A stretch of DNA of 64,000 bases, from NCBI GenBank assembly GCA_950097015.1, contig CATNEN010000006.1, positions 248,001-312,000 on the forward strand, read 5' to 3'. The number at the start of each line of letters is the position of its first letter. The stretch's first letter is position 1. Position numbers and translations under genes: made by a program. The notes beneath the pieces are model-generated. The model saw only the letters and a list, made by a program, of their open reading frames with translations, was not told the origin of the DNA and ran no database searches. Shown piece after piece: positions 35,171 through 45,576 of the stretch. The stretch comes from Macrostomum hystrix. Lineage: Eukaryota > Animalia > Platyhelminthes.

Positions 35171-35834
35171 CTTGTATAGGATTGACAAGTTTTCAATCTG
35201 AAATGTTCAATTCTAGATAGATGCGTCACCCGAAAATGATAGATTGGCAGTCGAAATAAAGAAATATATAGATCAGTTTCTGAGCAGCGAGTTCAGATAG
35301 AGCGAATAGAGTTTTCCTTGGCTCCTATCGGCTTTCAAATTGTGATCATCTGGAGTGAGTTGGCGAAGTGAATAATTTGCATTATCGATCAAACCATGGC
35401 CGCTAGGAGGCCGGGCATAATTCGATTTTGAATGCCAATCGAATCCAGCGGGATTGCAGTCGGGAGGAATCGGGCTTAAGAAATTACACGAGGAATTCGA
35501 GACAAATAGGCAAGGCACACAAGGACTCAGGTTCGCATTGTGTACAGTCTAGAGCTCACCAGTGACAGGTTTGAACCGCGGATTGTTCGGCTTGTTGAGT
35601 TGACAAATTCCTTGGCGCAGCTTGACAAGGACGATGGGAGCCGATTTTTAGAACCCTCTTCTGACAGTGAGCGCCTCAGTTCGGGTCTGACATTGGTCGC
35701 AATGGCACTGAGCCAATGGGACTAGCGAAGTCGCAGTAAATACTATAGTTTGAATTTGGTCCGGAAGCTTGGGCAAAGTTTTTGCTTCTGTGTTTGGTTT
35801 AAGATACTAGATTTTTTGGTTCGGATAGAGATCG

Positions 35835-37603
35835 TTTCACTGTCAGATCATGTCACTGTCAGATCATGTCACTGTCAGATCATTCCACTGTCAGATCATT
35901 CCACTGTCAGATGATTCCACTGTCAGATCATTCCACTGTCAGATGATTTCACTGTCAGATCATGTCACTGTCAGATGATTCCACTGTCAGATCATTTCCA
36001 CACTGTCAGATCATGTCACTGTCAGATCATTTCGCTGTCAGATCATGTCACTGTCAGATCATTCCACTGTCAGATCATTCCACTGTCAGATCATTTCACT
36101 GTCAGATTATTCCATTGTCAGATCATTTCACTGTCAGATCATTCCACTCAGATCATTTCACTGTCAGATCATGTCACTGTCAGATCATTCCACTGTCAGA
36201 TCATTCCACTGTCAGATCATTCCACTGTCAGATCATTCCACTGTCAGATCATTCCACTGTCAGATCATTTCGCTGTCAGATCATGTCACTGTCAGATCAT
36301 TCCACTGTCAGATCATTCCACTGTCAGATCATTCCACTGTCAGATCATTTCGCTGTCAGATCATGTCACTGTCAGATCATTCCACTGTCAGATCATTCCA
36401 CTGTCAGATCATTCCACTGTCAGATCATTTCACTGTCAGATCATTCCACTGTCAGATCATTTCGCTGTCAGATCATGTCACTGTCAGATCATTCCACTGT
36501 CAGATCATTCCACTGTCAGATCATTTCACTGTCAGATTATTCCATTTTCAGATCATTTCACTGTCAGATCATTCCACTCAGATCATTTCACTGTCAGATC
36601 ATGTCACTGTCAGATCATTCCACTGTCAGATCATTCCACTGTCAGATCATTCCACTGTCAGATCATTCCACTGTCAGATCATTCCACTGTCAGATCATTC
36701 CACTGTCAGATCATACCACTGTCAGATCATGTCACTGTCAGATCATGTCACTGTCAGATCATTTCACTGTCAGATCATGTCACTGTCAGATCATGTCACT
36801 GTCAGATCATTCCACTGTCAGATCATTCCACTGTCAGATTATTCCATTGTCAGATCATTCCACTGTCAGATCATGTCACTGTCAGATCATTCCACTGTCA
36901 GATCATTCCACTGTCAGATCATTCCACTGTCAGATGATTCCACTGTCAGATCATTCCACTGTCAGATCATGTCACTGTCAGATCATTCCACTGTCAGATC
37001 ATTCCACTGTCAGATGATTCCACTGTCAGATCATTCCACTGTCAGATCATGTCACTGTCAGATCATTCCACTGTCAGATCATGTCACTGTCAGATCATGT
37101 CACTGTCAGATCACTCCACTGTCAGATCATTCCACTGTCAGATCATGTCACTGTCAGATCATTCCACTGTCAGATCATGTCACTGTCAGATCATGTCACT
37201 GTCAGATCACTCCACTGTCAGATCATTTCACTGTCAGATCATACCACTGTCAGATCATTCCACTGTCAGATCATTTCACTGTCAAATCATTCCACTGTCA
37301 GATCATTCCACTGTCAGATCATTCCACTGTCAGATCATTTCACTGTCAGATCATTCCACTGTCAGATCATTCCACTGTCCGATCATTCCACTGTCAGATC
37401 ATGTCACTGTCAGATCATTTCACTGTCAGATCATGTCACTGTCAGATCATGTCACTGTCAGATCATGTCACTGTCAGATCATTTCACTGTCAGATCATGT
37501 CACTGTCAGATCATGTCACTGTCAGATCATGTCACTGTCAGATCATGTCACTGTCAGATCATGTCACTGTCAGATCATTCCACTATCAGATCATGTCACC
37601 GTC
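35835..37603. repeat. Minisatellite, 16-nt unit CACTGTCAGATCAT(TC/GT)
   Basis: Directly visible; produces the spurious 16-aa periodic ORFs. Confidence 0.97.
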
Positions 37604-38421
37604 AGGTGTGACTAACCTGGGATGATAGGACTGAAGCAAAATCCAGCAATTATGTTTGTTATTCTATTGTTAGCTCAGGTTAGCGCAAATCTAAGGTGTG
37701 AACTTGGCCTGACAGTTTTCTTACTAGCTAAACACACTTCATTGGATCTGGTTAAAGATGACAATGACATGGTGTCAATACAATACAATAGATGCTTCCA
37801 GGGCGATAAGCAAATATGACACTGAAGCAATTTCGTTTTGAATTAATAATCAAGAAGTGTCTTTTAGTCGTGAGAGCACACAGAAAGACAGTCGATGAAC
37901 AGTCAGTATCGACTCAAAAGTCGAAAAAAATGTTTCTTATCTCATGCCTACCTTTCTGCCTGTCGCTTTCAATCTAGGGATGAAATCTGAAATTTCGCAA
38001 AAACAACTCACAGAAGACAACAATGGAGCCAGTCTGATTGACGCAGACAATTGAATTGAAAGACGGTTTGCAGAAAGCTTCACGACCCCGTCATGTCACC
38101 AAGTCCTCAAAGAGCCCCAAAGCAGTGGATAGCTAGTTGCTGAACAGCTCAGAATGTTGGAGCCTTGCGTTGGTACTGTTTTATTTTTTATTGTCAAATC
38201 TTTTAAGATCGAAATAAATTGCGAAGGGTCCGTGCGGAGACTAATCTAGAAGATTACCTTGGAGTTATGCCAGTTGAAATTAGCTTTAATATTATCATTG
38301 AGGAAATAGTTAGTCTCATCGCTTAGATTTGTTTAATCCGACTTTCAACAATTGTTGGTGCTGTTGTTCAGTTTATCAAGTCCCCCCAGCTGAAAGGAAT
38401 TTCTATCACTGATTGAGCTGT

Positions 38422-39111
38422 TTAGTCCAAGCCGCGTTTGCGTCTGCCACTGGAATGGAAACAGATCTCGCAATTTTTGTTTGTCAGTAATTTGCTGTTA
38501 AATTGTATTTTGCATCCAGAATCGGCCTTACCTAGCCTTTAGATCTATTCCATATTGACCGTCGCCAACATCCAACCGGTTCATTGAGGACAGAATGTCA
38601 GCTATCCGATGGTCCGAGCTCAGTCGCTTCATCTGCCTAAATAGCAGACGATTTCAAAGTTGAATATTTCTTTCATCGGATCATAAAAACTAGAAGTCCT
38701 CCATGGACATGGTGACTTTTTTGTGCGAAAATAAATATTTATTTACACCTGCCCCTATTGGACCAGATTGGAGCCACCTGAAGGCTGCGTACCGCTGTTC
38801 AGTCCATGGACTGGGGGGACGCCACACCCATACTCGATTACACCGTACCCATTTAACAGCTGGGTGAACTGAAGCACTGCAGAGTTAAGTGTCTTGCTAA
38901 AGGAAAAAAATGGTTCCAGTGGAGTCGGGAATCGAACCCCCGACCTTCAAGTTGTAGGTCCGACGCTCTATCCACCCCTGTCTCACCTGAACGTCGAAAA
39001 TTGATCCTCAGCAGCTGGCGTATTCTTGACTCGGCCACCGTGGCCGCAGTCGGGACAGAACAGAAGCAGCAGGCAGGAAAGGGCAATCACGATTTGCGGT
39101 GCGTGACGCAT
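38422..39111 (-). CDS. Neuropeptide precursor 2 (85 aa); predicted mature peptide [31 protein letters not shown]-amide
   Basis: Exons 39111-38987 (hydrophobic leader [19 protein letters not shown]; donor GTGAGA), 38636-38532 (105 nt; donor GTAAGG) and 38449-38422 (SGRRKRGLD*). Same phases and same middle-exon length as precursor 1. Confidence 0.88.
38770..38985 (-). mobile_element. SINE family B in intron 1 of neuropeptide gene 2
   Basis: Same head, central and tail motifs as the other family B copies. Confidence 0.82.
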
Positions 39112-39717
39112 GACGCCGTCGGTTGAGGAATCGAACCTAGAACGCATTTCGTCGGTGCCAGGGTTTCGTTATTTATTTGGTTTAATTTTATCAATTTTCT
39201 TAACTGAAATCATGCAGGCAGTTCACAGGAGAATTGATTTGCGTGAAGGACTTATAATTTTAACTAAAAGCTAAAAACTAATATTTGCCTGTTTTCATTT
39301 CCTTCAAACACTACTAAAAGTATCAAAGCGGTTGTCAGTAGTATCAAATGGGTTTTTAAGACACGATTTTTCTAGTTTACGGAAGGGAAAACTAAATTCC
39401 AAGCAAAATATCCTCACAGACTTACAAGATGTGAAAGTTAATCTAGTTTAACCCGTAGAGCAGGTGAGCACGGGAGGAGAGAGCAGTTCAGGGCCAACAA
39501 CCATGCCATGGGGCACTTCACATTCTCTTTATCCTCGGACAGCCGCAGCCCCAAACCCTGAACTGGTCCGCTGACCAATCTCAGACCTGCCGGCCCACTG
39601 CCCGCCATCATTGCTGATTTGCTCCGAATGGCTTTAGGTCTTCTGAGTCACGACTTCCTTAGACCAATGCTGCATGCACCGTACAACGATTGTACACCGT
39701 ACAACGATTACAACGAT

Positions 39718-40706
39718 TGCAGTGACAATTGACTGCAGTGACAATTGACTGCACTGACAATTGACTGCACTGACAATTGACTGCACTGACAATTGACTGC
39801 ACTGACAATTGACTGCAGTGACAATTGACTGCAGTGAAAATTGACTGCACTGACAATTGACTGCAGTGACAACTGGTTGCAGTGACAATTGACTACAGTG
39901 ACAATTGACTGCACTGACAATCGACTGCAGTGATAATTGACTGCACTGACAATTGACTGCAGTGACAACTGACTGCAGTGACAACTGCCTGCAGTGACAA
40001 TTGACTGCAGTAACAACTGACTTCAGTGACAATTGACTGCAGTGACAATTGACTGCAGTGACAATTGACTGCAGTGAAAATTGACTGCAGTGACAATTGA
40101 CTGCAGTGACAACTGGTTGCAGTGACAATTGACTGCACTGACAATTGACTGCAGTGACAACTGGTTGCAGTGACAATTGACTGCACTGACAATTGACTGC
40201 AGTGACAATTGACTGCACTGACAATTGACTGCAGTGACAACTGGTTGCAGTGACAATTGACTGCAGTGACAACTGGTTGCAGTGACAATTGACTGCAGTG
40301 ACAACTGGTTGCAGTGACAATTGACTGCACTGACAATTGACTGCAGTAACAACTGACTTCAGTGACAATTGACTGCAGTGACAATTGACTGCACTGACAA
40401 TTGACTGCACTGACAATTGACTGCACTGACAATTGACTGCAGTGACAATTGACTGCAGTGACAACTGGTTGCAGTGACAATTGACTGCACTGACAATTGA
40501 CTGCACTGACAATTGACTGCACTGACAATTGACTGCAGTGACAATTGACTGCACTGACAATTGACTGCAGTGACAATTGACTGCAGTGACAATTGACTGC
40601 AGTGACAACTGGTTGCAGTGACAATTGACTGCACTGACAATTGACTGCAGTGACAACTGGTTGCAGTGACAATTGACTGCACTGACAATTGACTGCAGTG
40701 ACAATT
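39718..40706. repeat. Minisatellite, 16-nt unit GCA(G/C)TGACAATTGACT
   Basis: Directly visible. Confidence 0.97.
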
Positions 40707-40849
40707 GATAAGCATTAATTGCTATATTCGCAGGGGCTGTATGAATTAAGCAACAATTTTTACGATGATGATCACCAATGTTTTGAGGGTTTGCCCTCAT
40801 GGGTACAAAATGCAAGACCCCAAGCCTTCTCAACCCGGATTCGCCCTAA

Positions 40850-40905
40850 ATGAATGCGGTCTCGCCGCGGAATCGAGCTCAGGGACCTTGGTGCGGCAGT
40901 AGAAT
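40850..40905 (-). mobile_element. SINE family A head fragment
   Basis: CTCGCCGCGGAATCGAGCTCAGGGACCTTGGTGCG matches the family A head. Confidence 0.6.
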
Positions 40906-41714
40906 CGGCAGAATTAGGAGGCGTGTATATTTTTAATCAATTTCAGGGCCTGATGACGTGTCGAACGACCTGATGACGCGTCAACTAGGTACCTGAATTA
41001 TCACGTGCGTTTCAGTGTGTTTTTCTCAAAGCAACTCGCAAAGCTAGCAAGCTCATTTGAACCTCAATCATCCTGGAAATCTTCGGCGGCCGCGGATTAG
41101 GGGTGGGTGGCCGCGCTTGTCAGCGGCCTCGCATCTCCTGCTTAATCCCCTGAAGCGGCAAATCGTTGGGGAGAGGCTGTGGAGAAGCATATTTTCAATC
41201 CCCAAAAATCCGCTGCCCGAAATGTTCAGAAAAAAAAGATGGACCGAGAGCTGACAGGTGCCACAGTCCCTTGAGCTGGGGAGATTTGACACTAGCGAGT
41301 AATTAGAGGGGATTTCGGGAACGACGAAGGAACAGTCGGGATTATAGAAAATCCTTCACACAGAGAAACCCATTACCTTCAAGAATAATTTTCAACAAAA
41401 TTTATTTAAATTTCAAACTGAGGAAATGCGAAATTAAATTGCACACACCGAATGGACAAGGACACAATTTTTAACCTGAGAGAGAATTCGAACTTCCGAC
41501 CTTGCAGAGCTCAAAGCTCTATTGGCGTACAATAGCACTAGAAAAGCGCCAGATAGTGTTATTGGGTCACCATTAGTACTATAGGCAGGTGGCCGAGTTG
41601 CTGAATTCAAACTTAGAAATAGCTTCGAACCAAAACGGAAGTGACGGGCATGAGAATTTTGTTGGAAAATTGAAACAACAGCATCTGGCATTTATGCCAC
41701 AATCAATTTATTTG

Positions 41715-42005
41715 CAGGAGCGCTGTGGGCATATCATTTGGTGTCACTATGACAGCGAGGAGGCACTTCTGTCCATTCCGCTGACACTCCTGAGCACACA
41801 CTCACACAGGTGTGTACATCTGCCCTGACTTTCTCATGGTGCAGACATGGAGGTTGGCCCTCAAGGGCGTAAATTGCACGACAAGCCCACAGACCTTCTC
41901 TCCGTGGCTGCGCCCTAAAATGAACGTGGCCTCGCTGCGGAATCGAGCTCAGGGACCTTGGTGCGAAAGGCAAACGCGTTAGACCGCTCTGCCACTCGCC
42001 CCCCG
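41715..42005 (-). mobile_element. SINE family A, near full-length with internal deletion
   Basis: Head, body and tail (GCAGGAGCGCTGTGGGCA...GGTGTCACTA) are all recognisable. Confidence 0.8.
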
Positions 42006-42114
42006 CATCTGGCAATCCAGGCGGTCATTTATCTGATCACTAATGAACCCCTACGTTGCTTAACTTCAGTGATCGGTCATTAAACAATGTGGCATGGCCG
42101 CTTTTAGCCTTAAT

Positions 42115-42128
42115 CGATCGATCGATCG

Positions 42129-42180
<52 letters not shown>
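42115..42180. repeat. (ATCG)/(ATCA)n microsatellite
   Basis: Directly visible. Confidence 0.9.
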
Positions 42181-42183
<3 letters not shown>

Positions 42184-43148
42184 TACCAATAGTTTAATCT
42201 GTCAATAGCTCAGCCAATAGATGAATCATTTAAACTATTTAAATAAATCGATGGACTAATTTACAGATTGAATTGAAGTAAAAGACAATAAAACTAAAAC
42301 AGTGAGCAGTTTAACTAAAGTAGTGAAGTTAAGCATCAATCCGCAGTGGGCGATTACACTCTGAGGCGACCATGCAAGGCGTATATTTGTAGCAGTTAGA
42401 ATAAAAATCTCTTCTCTCAGCGGAAGATTAGTAAGCAAACTGCTCCCGCAACTACAGTCTCGCTAGTAGTAGTATCTCTGGCGTATTTCAAATAAAAGGC
42501 CGAAAAGGAAAGCAAAAAAAAAACGAAATTCCTAAATAAGATAGATATAATAGCTAGTACTACAAAATGGTTGCTGTAGTACAAAAATAGCACTTTCTAC
42601 TAACAATATTGGCAGCGCTAATAACCGCTGGACAAGTGTGTCTAATAGAACACGAAATGATAAAATAATATCACACTCTGGTCAAGGGGCCTTATAATAA
42701 GTTAAAACAGACACACACAGACAGAGAGAAAATTATCAATGTGGCTAGATGGGGATATAGAAAATAATTAGTTCTCATCACTGCAAGGGCTACAGAGATA
42801 TTGAAGTAGAAGAGCGCAATAATAGAATAGCCGGTTTTGAAGGAGTTTCTTTAAAATAGAAAATAAATTTCAGATATAAAGCATGTGCGACATGTCTATG
42901 AGGTACAGTTTTATAAACATTCTGTTTTAAAATTGTCAGCACTGGATTGGGGATGGCCTTAGAAATTATTTCTTTTGTACACAAAACCTAGAGCTCAAAA
43001 AATTTAAAGCATGCACAGCGTCTAGAACTGTACAAAATCAGACTCAAATTAATAAATCATAAATACAGAGGGGTAATTAAAACAAAAAACAGACAGAAAC
43101 ATAGGCAAGGAGAAGGATGAAGAAAATAGTAAGTGACAATTAGCAGGG

Positions 43149-45436
43149 TCAGCCTTCCTGAGTGCCGCAGGCGTCGGCTTTGATAACCAGCTCGGGTGGG
43201 CCGGCAGATGCAAGGGCGGCAATGTCCAAGCCGGCGAGACCGTACAGCAGTAGGAGACGAAGGCCGCGGGCGGCGCTGGCCAATGCCACCAGCTCTGGTT
43301 GGCGCAGTTTGCGGCAGAAGTTCAGCTTCAACTCGGCTAGTAGGCAGCCGGTGGCCGCGGCCGCAGTCTGACTATCCGCTAGGGCGCGGAGGCCTCGGCC
43401 GCAGACGTCGGTGGAGCTGAGGTCTAGGCGCGCCAGGCGCGGCGCAGCCCGACAGATCTGAGCCAGGGCGGCGCTGGTGAACCGCTGGCAGCCGCAGAGG
43501 TCCAGCTGCTGCAGGCCTGGCAGGGACAGTCCGTGCAGCGGCAGGCAACGATCGGTTAGGCGCGAACAGTTGGCCAAGATCAGGCAGCGGAGGCCGGCGA
43601 GGCGGGGCCAGGCGGGCAGCAGGTCTTCATCCGACAGGCCGGACATGCCGCGAAGGTCCAGGCTGCGTAGGCTGCAGTTTCAAGGTTCAGTTTTGAAAAG
43701 TTTAGGAGGCCGCTTAGTAACTAAGCATTCGTCAAGGGCGCCAATGCTGCCGCTAAATGAGGGACGTAGCCTAGTGGTTAGTGCGTCAGACTCATGAGAT
43801 AAGGTCGGGGGTTCGATTACCGACTCCACTGAAACAAATTGTTCTCTTAAGCAACACACATAACTCTGTATTGCTTCATTTCAGCCAGCTGTTAAATGGG
43901 TACCAGAGAGGAGGGTGAGTGGCAGAGCGGTCTCTCGCACTAAAGTCCCTGAGCTTGATTCCGCGGCGAGGTCATATTCATTTGGGGCGCAGCCGCTTGT
44001 CGTGCAATTTGCGCCCTTGAGGGCCAACCTCCAAGGCACAGTGAGAGTGTACACTACCTGACGATGAGAAAGTCAGGGAAGATGTACACACCTTTATGAG
44101 CGTGTGCCTGCGTACAGTATCTGTGAGCGGGTGTGCTCAGGAGTCAGTGAAATAGGCAGAACCAGCATTAGCTGGGCTAATTGAGACTGGGTTTGACGAC
44201 CTCTCAGTCCATGGACTGAACAGCCGTGCGCAGCCTTCAGATGTCGTGCTGTCGGCTGCACATCTGGCCCGATTTGGGCAGGTGTAATAAATTTTTTATT
44301 AATAACATTATTAGGTAAGTATCATCCGTCTCATCTCTGCCGTCTCTAGGGGCTATCCTTATCAAGTCCTAAGACATCATTCATAGGACTCACGTGTCCA
44401 ATGCTTGCACGGCCTGCAGAGCGGCTCTCGGCCGCACCCTCGGACAGGCGCCCAGCGATAGCTGACTGAGGCTCGGACACAGGCGGCCGATTGCGCCGGC
44501 GGTCCGATCCGACAGCCGGAAGCAGCCGTAGAGCTCCAGGCAGCGCAGCCGTTGGCCGTGGGCGGCAAGCAGCTCGGCCACGCCAGAGTCAGTCAGCTGT
44601 TGGGCACCGTTGAGCTTGACAGACTCTAACTCCGCCAGCTGGCCGGCCAGGGCACGCAGGGTGCAGTCTGACAGGCCCTGGGCATAGCTGCAGTCCAGGT
44701 AGCGCACTCGGGGGCAGTACATGGCTAGCACCGTCAGCAGCTGGTCGGCGACGAAGGCGCCTCGGCTGTTGCCGGTGAAGCTTAGCTCCTGGGTATAGAT
44801 TTCACAAGAGAACTCTTGAAATCTCACTGTTACAATTGGACCTTCAAGAGGCTGATCCTGCACTTAAGCTAGACCTTCAACATGCTGATCCTGTACTCAA
44901 GCTAGACCTTCAACAGGCTGACCCTGTACTCAAGCTAGACTTTCAACATGCTGATCCTGTACTCAAGCTAGATCTTAAACAGGCTGATCCTGTACTCAAG
45001 CTAGATCTTAAACAGGCTGATCCTGTACTCAAGCTAGATCTTAAACAGGCTGATCCTGTACTCAAGCTAGATCTTAAACAGGCTGATCCTGTACTCAAGC
45101 TAGACCTTCAACAGGCTGACCAACCTGCAAGGAGTCGCCAGCGCAGCGCAGCAGCTGTTGCACACCGCCAAGTGTGACTTGGTCGCCGTGGCACTGGCTG
45201 ATGTTGAGGCGTACAGGCCGATTGGCGCCAATGTCCGCCAAGTCGGCGTCCGTTAAGTCATGCCGTTTAGCTAATTCGATGGCGCACCAGAGAGATTTAT
45301 CGTTGGCAATTCTGTGCAATCTGCGGCAGGTGCGGGCCACTTGGGTCAGGTCTGTTAGGGACAGTTCTTGAAGAATGCGCAGCCAGACCTCTTCAGGTAG
45401 GTAGAGCCAGGGTGAATCTCGCCTGGTCCAGCCGCA
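43149..45436 (-). CDS. F-box and leucine-rich-repeat (FBXL-type) region; probably the C-terminal part of the gene starting at 51030
   Basis: Exons 45436-45125 (F-box WLYLPEEVWLRILQELSLTDLTQVARTCRRLHRIANDKSLW), 44788-44394 and 43671-43149. Cys-containing LRRs such as LRYLDCSYAQGLSD, LRCLELYGCFRLSD and LQQLDLCGCQRFT. Phases 0 and 2 match. Confidence 0.92.
43760..44260 (+). mobile_element. SINE family B interrupted by SINE A (43910-44161)
   Basis: Head GGGACGTAGCCTAGTGGTTAGTGCGTCAGAC...GGTTCGATTACCGACTCCAC, then ...AAATGGGTACCAG. Family B resumes at ACCAGCATTAGCTGG and runs to CAGTCCATGGACTGAACAGCC. Confidence 0.8.
43910..44161 (+). mobile_element. SINE family A, 3'-truncated, nested inside a SINE B copy
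   Basis: Starts GAGTGGCAGAGCGG and ends at AAATAGGCAGA. Family B sequence lies on both sides. Confidence 0.8.
44855..45120. repeat. Minisatellite, 33-nt unit GCTGATCCTGTACTCAAGCTAGATCTTAAACAG, filling most of an F-box gene intron
   Basis: Directly visible; lies between exons 45436-45125 and 44788-44394. Confidence 0.93.
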
Positions 45437-45576
45437 CTGAACACCATCGAATAGGAGTATAGGATAATTGCATTTTAAGGCTCAGCCAATGAACTATAAT
45501 TAACTTATTAAAGGCTGAGAAACATCATTCATGCTTTTGCTTTTTTAAGGACTAAGTATAAAATATTCACATGGCT

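Noticed and set aside
35540-35725. ORF containing ERLSS as a third neuropeptide paralog
   Set aside because: Opposite strand to the pair and lacks KR, [13 protein letters not shown] and the amidation signal.
35962-37625. Long ORFs over minisatellites (also 24408-25200, 26930-27670, 30583-34286, 39634-40833, 44836-45177, 45571-47514, 62916-63101)
   Set aside because: Open in several frames with peptide period equal to the DNA unit length; artefacts of stop-free repeats, several of which lie in defined introns.
37622-38160. Short signal-peptide-like ORF (MFVILLLAQVSA...)
   Set aside because: No phase-compatible downstream exon or recognisable motif was found.
26592-39111. Nearby class A GPCR as the receptor of the neuropeptide pair
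   Set aside because: Physical linkage is not evidence of pairing in animals, and long helical amidated peptides more typically use class B receptors.
40948-40995. Two CTGATGA motifs (hammerhead or C/D-box-like)
   Set aside because: Followed by GAAC or CAAC rather than GAAA, with no closing helices or terminal stem; more likely a short local duplication.
43760-43830. tRNA genes (also 17335-17400, 18095-18165, 38915-38985)
   Set aside because: A/B boxes are present but there is no intact acceptor stem or cloverleaf, and each continues into a shared SINE body.
45445-45447. ATG just upstream of the F-box exon as its start codon
   Set aside because: Out of frame with the F-box; the exon is better explained by the acceptor at 45437.
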